The notes under the pieces were generated by a model. It was not told the origin of the DNA. It was given only the letters and a program-made list of their open reading frames with translations, and made no database searches. A stretch of DNA of 64,000 bases from Psammoneis japonica (Eukaryota), in contig QPGO01000022.1 of NCBI GenBank assembly GCA_008632985.1, positions 248,001-312,000 of the forward strand, given 5' to 3'. The stretch's first letter is position 1. Each line of letters opens with the position of its first letter. Shown in pieces: positions 56,801-64,000 of this stretch. Both the position numbers and the translations under genes were made by a program.

Positions 56801-58484
56801 AGGCGTGAGGAAGAGTCTAACAACAAATTCCTGTTATATAGACAGAAAACGGTGAACGTGTAAGCGCTTGCTGAGTTCCGAAACAAAACGGGAGCTTCCA
56901 ACGACGGCGACAACTCCAACTGTAACTTACTCCTTTGCGTGCAGTCTTATCCCATTTCGCTGCAATGTCACCAGCAAAGGGAGAGTTCCCCAGCCATTCG
57001 CTATTCGTTCGACGAGCAAACCTACAGAAACCTCGCAACTCGTTCAGAAGAAGAACATGTTGGTGTTTTTCAAGGATAATGTATTCCGATTCACATGCGC
57101 TGACATCGTCACGAGTTGAATAGTGGTTGCGAATCTTGTCCTCCTGTAAGACGGGTATCGAACTCAAGATAACGTCCAACTGCGGGTGAGGGCCAAATCG
57201 ACGCCTGAATAGATCTTCTTCGTTGTCTGCTTCGTCAAACGGCGCCCAGTCCGGCGCTCCGCTGTTTTCTTGCCAGCCTGTTTCGTAACTGCCGATCTCT
57301 CGTGGGTCACGGGTGTGGATTCGAAATGCAAGCGTCTTGGATCCAACGAAAACATCGCCTTCCGTCGCTTCATGGGGTAACGACTGAATCTTCTCGAAAC
57401 CTCGATCGGAGGCGATTCTGCCACACTTACGACACCAGTCTCGGACACCTGGGGACCGAATGGAATCATTGAGTCTGGAGAACCAGCCACACTTTCGACA
57501 TTTTGTAAATGCCTCATGACTCGCTGCTGCAGCATGATCAGGAGGGTGGGGCCCATCTCCGAGCATCGGTCGTTGCGGGGAATGCCCACGAAATAGGTGG
57601 CCGTAGCGGCCGAAGTTGAAGTTGTAAGCGTTGTCAGAGTCGTCTCCAGAATCGCCGTCAGATCCGTCCTCATCCGAGCTTCTTCCTGCTCCTTTTCTAA
57701 GCCCCGTCCACTTGAATGAATCTACTCCTTTGTCGCTTGCAAGACAATGACAATCCTTGGGCGAGCTCATCGTGGCGGATGTCCACTTAGTACACTCAGA
57801 AACGGGGGCGTCGCAGACAAAGCAACTGCGCAGACAAAGCATTATCAAACAAACCAGGGTACGGTAAGTGCGGTTGCGAAAAAAATAGGAGAATCATACA
57901 AATCACGGCGAGAGACTTGAAGATTCTTTTACAAAGAGCGTGAACGCCCGAGAGTAAATAACTTACTAGCACATGTCGCAATGCTTCGGGTTCAGTTCTT
58001 CACCGCGTGCAACCTTTTCTTTGGATGAAAGGCTGTTCGCGTTGTAACCAGTCTTATGGAACAACACGTCTTCCACAAAGGCAAACTTGGTGCAGTGCTG
58101 CCTCATATGCGGCAGGTTCAGGACATTCTGGCAGCCAATGACCTCAACTTCTTCATCGCCGTCGGTAGCGGACGCGGATGCACCGACTGCAGCGGCGGAA
58201 GCAGGCTCCATAGGACGATCGACGTGAGGGATCCACTGCACCTCGTCGTCGCTGCTCCCGCTCTGATCCGGGGGCGTCACAGTTCTGACGCCGTTGTTCA
58301 GTAGAACGGTGCGGCCCATCTTACCACCGCCGTCATCTTTACTGTCAGCCGCAGGTTCGACTTTGAGGCGTTTCGCTGCTGTAGCCGGGGTCTTCGCAAC
58401 CACGACAGCCTCGTCATCACTATCGTCCAGCAGATCGATAACCTCTACTCCGCTGGGCACAGAGGAAGCACTACGCTTGGACAT
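53869..58484 (-). CDS. SNF2-family (RAD5/HLTF-like) ATPase with an N-terminal Cys/His zinc-binding domain, multi-exon
   Basis: LLDFQRQAVGW, GGMIGSCMGMGKT, TLVVC..SLVGQW, IVVTTY, WWRVVIDEGH, RWCVSGTP, KCLIFSQF, FLLSMR.GACGINLTQASRV...PALEAQAIGRVYRLGQ. N-terminal LPHMRQHC...HCDMC|CFVCD...C..W...HC.A. Confidence 0.85.
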
Positions 58485-58890
58485 GGTGCCACGGAAAACA
58501 AAGAAATCTTACCGATACGTCCGCAGCCGAGTGTCAACACGTACGGTTCTTCAGTCTTCGCGGCAAAGTCCAACGTTCTGTTTGCCGCTGTCCGCTGTCC
58601 GCTCTTTGCGAGGGGCGAAAAGGAAATGATACCAAGTGTGTGTGCCGCGCCGCATTCGCTGATTTTCGATTTGCGCGTCTGCTTGTCCGTGTGAACTTTT
58701 TGGCGCGCCCAACTGAAGAGGAACTTACCAGCTCCAGCTCCAGCTCCGCACGGGCATAAAAACATCTTCTTCCGTACCAGTTACAGACCTCCCAGTTGGG
58801 AGTGGCATAAAAATAAATGGCAACACAGCAACAACAACAAACAAGAACAACCTAACCCGCTAAAAGATAGAAGCTATTCCTAGTTTTAAT

Positions 58891-59193
58891 ATGACCGCAG
58901 CGGAAGAAGCCAAGCAGCTTGATTCTGTAACAGATGTCGTCCAGGAAAAAGAATTAGATTCTTCCAAGGCGCAGCAAGCAATGTCGGCCTTGGCAACCAA
59001 CAAGAGCCAAAGAAAGTCTGAGGAGGCGGCAAACACCGGGGTGGCTGTGTCCAAAGACGACGTGGCTCTTATTGTTTCGGAGCTTGATGTGACGGAAGAA
59101 GTAGCATCCCGTGCACTGAGACAAGTTGCAGATACGGTTCCGGAAGGAGGATCGGTGGTAGCTGCGGCTCTGCGAAAGCTTGTTGTCTCGTGA
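58891..59193 (+). CDS. HYPK: Huntingtin-interacting protein K (HYPK) homologue
   Basis: LDSVTDVVQEKELD..KAQQAM, then UBA-like VSKDDVALIVSELDV....A.RALR......AALRKLV. Confidence 0.85.
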   Translation: MTAAEEAKQLDSVTDVVQEKELDSSKAQQAMSALATNKSQRKSEEAANTGVAVSKDDVALIVSELDVTEEVASRALRQVADTVPEGGSVVAAALRKLVVS

Positions 59194-59357
59194 AATGAAG
59201 CGTCCAACGTCCAACAACAATTCAGTTAAAGCTGAAGATACTAAGTTTGTGCTATTGTTAAGAAGCGTGTCTCTTAGAGTCGTGTAGTAATTGACGTACG
59301 TGATTGCTAGATATGGCGTGTTAATGGCTCGTACCGTCATGGAAAAAATCTCAAACA

Positions 59358-62300
59358 TCATTCTGATAACGTTGCATCATTTGCTTCGTCAACAAGTCGG
59401 TCGCGAAATACCGCAGCTGAGAAAACGTCACAGAAAAAAGCAGTGAGGAAAACAAAACGCCAGTAACCACACCGCATTTTCCTCTGAAAAGGGAGATAAA
59501 TCCTTCTTACCGGCGATGGCAAGGACAAAAGGGGCCACAAGCGTGAGTGGTTTCGTGATAGCACCGACTAATCCACCATGATTCACCAGCTTTTCTTCTT
59601 CCACCACCGCAATGGCCGACTTGGCTGCCCAGCGCTCCATGCCGAGCTGAGCCAGTTCTGTTTTGGGCCTCACCAACGGTCTCACTGGTTTCGACATAAA
59701 AGAGATGTCTCTTTCCTCATCGCCGGCTACCTTGGTTGCTGAGTGATGAGAGGCCAACTGATCAGCCACAGATGACATAGAGACACTGCCACCGCCTGAC
59801 ATTGCACGCGGGTTCGTATTCAGTTGTTGTCTTGTCCGTTGCCGCAATTGCGAGATGTCTGGTCGAGTCGGAGAACCGCTGGAACCACAAAGCCGACAAC
59901 AATAAAGCAATGCAGAATGAGTCGTAAGACAAAACAAGTGATAAAAAGAGGGAAGCATACGCACCTTGACTTCCGGCTGCTCGCAGACAGAAAGTGGCCG
60001 AGATCTACAGCGACGTACTTTGGTGAGACGTACTCAGATAGACTTTCTCTTATGACATCGCGTACCCAGTCGCTTATAACCGGGAGAGATCCTAGATCAA
60101 CTCCGCGCAAGCCACTTTGGAAATTTTAGCAGTTGGATAAAGAGCCGAGTTATATCGAAGATAAGCAATGCAGCATAAATTAAGTAACGGAGGCATTTTC
60201 TTACCTGTCGTCACTCAAAGGGGTTATCCGAACTTTGCAGTCTGGGTCATTAACGAGCGACATGCGCAATTTAGACACGTATGGGTAATCCGGCCTGGCC
60301 GACACGGAAACTTGAACAGGGACGCGCATTTGAAGTGCACCGATCGAAACTTTTGTGGAAGGGAGTAATGCATACTCGAGAGAAGAGAGCTTGATTTCTG
60401 TGGTTTGAAGGGACGAGAAACAGTGACAAACGTAGGTTGAGAGGCAGGCATCCCACGAAGAAAATATGGTCGTCTACTTACCTACAACTAGAGAGAAATC
60501 ATCCAACATTGCATCTACATCAACAAGATACTGAGTAACTCTTCCGTTTTGCCTCACGCCCCGAAGCGCAATGCTACGGAACAGAGGTGGCTTACTGCCA
60601 AGTGTGAGAGAGTAGAGAGAAACATAAGCTACATCGTTGGGCCTTGGTGCCTTCAACGAATCCAATGCGTCGAAGAGAGATTTACCAAGATACGATGAGA
60701 TGTATGGTTCCAGTCCACCGTAAGGTGCAATGTCGCTGATTTTACCAGAGCTCCCCAGATCCGGCCTTCTGCGCGTCTTTCCAGTGTCGTTTCCCATGGC
60801 TCGTGTTACGAACTTTGGGTACGAGCTCAATTCTCTGGCCCATTTTTTCCCTGTCTTGCTCTTCGGATCGTAGGGAACTCTCCACATTTGATCCACTAAG
60901 GCATTTAGCCACACTACAGACTCCATCACAGACGGAGATGTCGTCCCTACCGATGACACAGCACTACGAAAACCTTTCGTTTCCCCTTTTCTATCGTTCC
61001 AAGAGGTGAGATCGAGTAATAAAGTTGAGTGTAGCCTTTGAGGTTGTACGTCGACAATAGTGGAAAGAAACTTACCGATGAATAGACACTGATCGCATTT
61101 GTGAAGCTCGGCTTAGAAAAAGCCAAGCGACAAAGTATAACGCAAGCAATGCCCCGTTGCGGCCGAACACAAAAAGTATGAGGCTCGTTACACATTGTAA
61201 CAGGTACTTTGGCGGCATTAACAAGACGCTCAACAAGAATCGGAATAGGAAACTACCCGGGGAGGACTTTTCTGACTTTGCGACCTCGTCGTGCTCATTG
61301 AAACCGTTCGTAGTATGGGTGTTTTGGTCAGGGCACGACGGCAGAGAGTCTATGTCTGACACACTGTCGCTAGTAATGTCAATGTCGATGCCATGAGTGA
61401 CCTCCATCGGTGCTTCATGTGCAGGCCGGTCTTCTCCATTCTCGCGAGCGACTCGTGACGGCGGTACAGGTTGCCCACGTCTCGCTGGTTTGTTCTTTCG
61501 TTTCGATGGGGGTGTCAGAACGGCTGCAAGATAGCAAAGAAACATTACTCCGAGAAGCTCCGTTGCAAAGCTGGGTATACCCTCAACGTCCGCCATGATA
61601 AATCTAGAAAGATCCCAAATTTGCGCAACAATTAAGTCGGCGACAGCCAACAAAGAAGACCCGCGCTCACTCGTCCTAAAACGATATGCTAGTGACGGCG
61701 CCAAAGCTGGCGCAGAATCATACTGTGAAGCCTTTTCCGTCCTTTCCGCAAAAGTACCGTACGACACAAAGGATGCTTCGTCGTCCCCTTTGGGAAAATC
61801 TTTCTCAAAGTTGAAGTCTTCCTCTACAACTGGTCTCTCGTCCGTCTCTTTAACGTATTCTTCAGGAAGATAGCGCTGAGGCATTATTGCGAGCGAAAGT
61901 GAACCTGCAAAGCTTTCTACAATTCGAACGGCATCTTCAGCAACACCGACTGTTGACGACGTGACTTTAGTCGACAATTCTCAGACAATGTTAGTAACAA
62001 ACTGAATGATCAGAGCAGAAACTATTTGCCCACGTCGATTCTCACCAGATTCAGTCGCAGCGCCGGCAAGTACCAATGTATCACCAACTCCTCGGACTAC
62101 ACTCCCCAAGAGGCTGTGAAGAAGACGATAATCATGAGCTAGCTTGCCAGGTAAGCACACGCATAACGTACAGCAGATATTATGTAAGCTTACCGAACGC
62201 TCTTCGCCGCGACATTTCGAGTGTTTCCAAGCAAACCACCCTTTTGACGCGGAAAGTCCGTCGGGAAACCACGTTTTTGATTTATAAGCCGTTCGGACGT

Positions 62301-63179
62301 CAGTGGTAAGCGACGCCCTCCTGATGTTTCATCATTTGAGCTCCATTTGGGTTCTAGAACCCGTCCTGCTGTGTCCAAACCCGAGCTCATAGACTTGACA
62401 GCGGTACCCATTAACTTAACTGACGAACCGGTTACCCCCGCTGCGGTTTCGCCGACAACACGTACGCTATCAGCTATCAGCCCAAACGTGTTTGCTACAA
62501 AGCCAAATGATGCCGATAGCAAACGAGCCCCCTCCGCAGTCTCCAAATCAAGTTCTGCATCGACCACCTGTCGTTTTCTTTCTCTTCTCTTGCTTGCTTT
62601 CTTATCACCTATCGAAACGGCACTTTTGCGTTCGTTGTCCTCAATGATCTTGTCCCTGTTTCCGCCAGCGAGTTTTGGATTATCCATTTCACGCTCTATA
62701 GAAGCAGCAGCCATAGCAGTGGAAGCCAACAGCTGATCACCCGTCACGGAGGCAACCCCCGTAGAAGACTTGACTACATCCTTGCACGCACGCCTGAAAT
62801 TGACCCATCGCTTTTTCCAGCGCCCCAAACGCTTCCTCCTTCCTGAAGATATCCCTAGCGATTCCAATCTTGTGTCTGAATGAAATGAAGCATCAGATAG
62901 AGCCTCCCGGATAAATTGAATTAGATCTGGTCTAAGTTCATCGCCATCTACTTCAGATTCTGCATAAATGTACTTTTTTGCCAGATCTTCCTCATTCCTC
63001 TTTAGCAGTCGCTGATCAGGCCCCGATTCTCCTTCAGCAATAGCATGAAGAAAGAGAATCAAAATCCAAAATTTCCGCCGTGTGATTCTTTCCCTAGTAG
63101 CAATCCGATCACGTTTAGAAGTTGTGTCTGGTGCGATCGAGGAAGGAGTGGAAATCCGACGAGCTGTATGGCTGTTCAT
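59358..63179 (-). CDS. Multi-exon membrane protein with an SMP (synaptotagmin-like lipid-binding) domain
   Basis: TM segments followed by ESVVWLNALVDQMW, YSLTLGSKPP, and VDLGSLPVISDWVRDVIRESLSEYVSPKYVAVDL. GT-AG introns link the ORFs. Exon structure is approximate and this could be two genes. Confidence 0.65.
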
Positions 63180-63722
63180 TAGCGTCTAATTTCAATATTC
63201 TCTTCAAGAACACATCAAAAATGATCTGCAGTTTCGTCCGTAAGCGTATGAAATTCGAAATGTGGTTCTCAGATGCCGGTCAGCAGGAAATAAACAGCGA
63301 CATACCGTGTTGTGATGGCCTCCATGGTGGGTTCAGCGTTGCGTACAGTGTACTACGTGTTGCATGCGCGTCCCTCCCTCCTGCACGCTCGCGCGTCGGT
63401 TCCTGCCTTTGACACCGAGTGACGTCACACAACCGGGTTATTCCTTATGTAGAAAAGTACCTGAGTGATGTACTGTGGTATTGTTGCTACGGAATGCTAC
63501 AGCGGAAATTCTGTCCAAGTTGCCCGCCAACACCGCGCTGTTCGCCCCGAGACACAATGACAGCGGGGGGCAACGTCCGAAAGTCGTCGTCTTTGGATGA
63601 TTCGTACTCGTTTCGCCTATTCCATCCTCTGTACCCAGTAGTTGTACTGGATGTTAAGTATCAAAAGAGTGTCGACTCCTCCATCAGAAACCGTTGTTGC
63701 AGTATCCAAGTGTCGAGGAAAA

Positions 63723-64000
63723 ATGTCAACAACAATCGCTGTCATCACGGCGGCCCTCGGAGCATTGGCATTGACCTGTGATACGGCAGTGTCATTTGCT
63801 CCTGTACGTCCAGCTCGTCAAGTAACCAGACACATCGCTTCTGGTGAGATCCGAAGAATTGATCTTTTTCGCAGTAATATGGCGATTTCAAGCAGAGAGG
63901 ACAGAGATGAAGGCCAAGCAGAAGAAGAAGCTGTTGTTGTTCCAACTCTGCCAGCAAGGAGCTTCAACTCGAAGAAATTCATTCGAATACGCCCACGGAC
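63723..64000 (+). CDS. 5' part of a plastid-targeted protein, runs off the window
   Basis: ATG at 63723 gives MSTTIAVITAALGALALTCDTAVS|FAPVRPARQ..., a signal peptide plus ASA-FAP-type cleavage motif, open to the end of the window. Confidence 0.7.
   Translation, partial: MSTTIAVITAALGALALTCDTAVSFAPVRPARQVTRHIASGEIRRIDLFRSNMAISSREDRDEGQAEEEAVVVPTLPARSFNSKKFIRIRPR

Overview
Eukaryotic, intron-containing genomic DNA, most likely from a pennate diatom: short GT-AG introns, bipartite plastid-targeting presequences of the ASA-FAP type, and diatom-type tyrosine-recombinase retroelements. About 13 ordinary genes are present: Y-family Pol iota-like, PZP/PHD protein, NERD1-like FG-GAP protein, fibrillin/PAP, PAF1, CWC25, plastid PPR, F-box/Kelch, a ~14 kb SH3-DUF3638/DUF3645-EF-hand-Vps62-like gene, E2F, SNF2/RAD5-like ATPase, HYPK and an SMP-domain protein, plus a partial plastid-targeted ORF at the right edge. 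Three blocks of dead transposon-like DNA are interleaved (~0.1-2.35 kb, ~5.7-17.65 kb, ~35.0-37.2 kb). The main result is that these blocks have lost almost all TpA as well as most CpG, and both converge on TpG/CpA. The direction is readable in decayed catalytic motifs of a DIRS-like element (RT YIDD now CTDD; LGWLLDTR now LGWLPDT*) and in several tandem duplications whose copies differ by TA>CA/TG and CG>TG/CA. This suggests a repeat-targeted A:T>G:C hypermutation process at TpA, opposite in outcome to fungal RIP, with sharp boundaries against neighbouring genes. All counts were made by eye and no database search was run.
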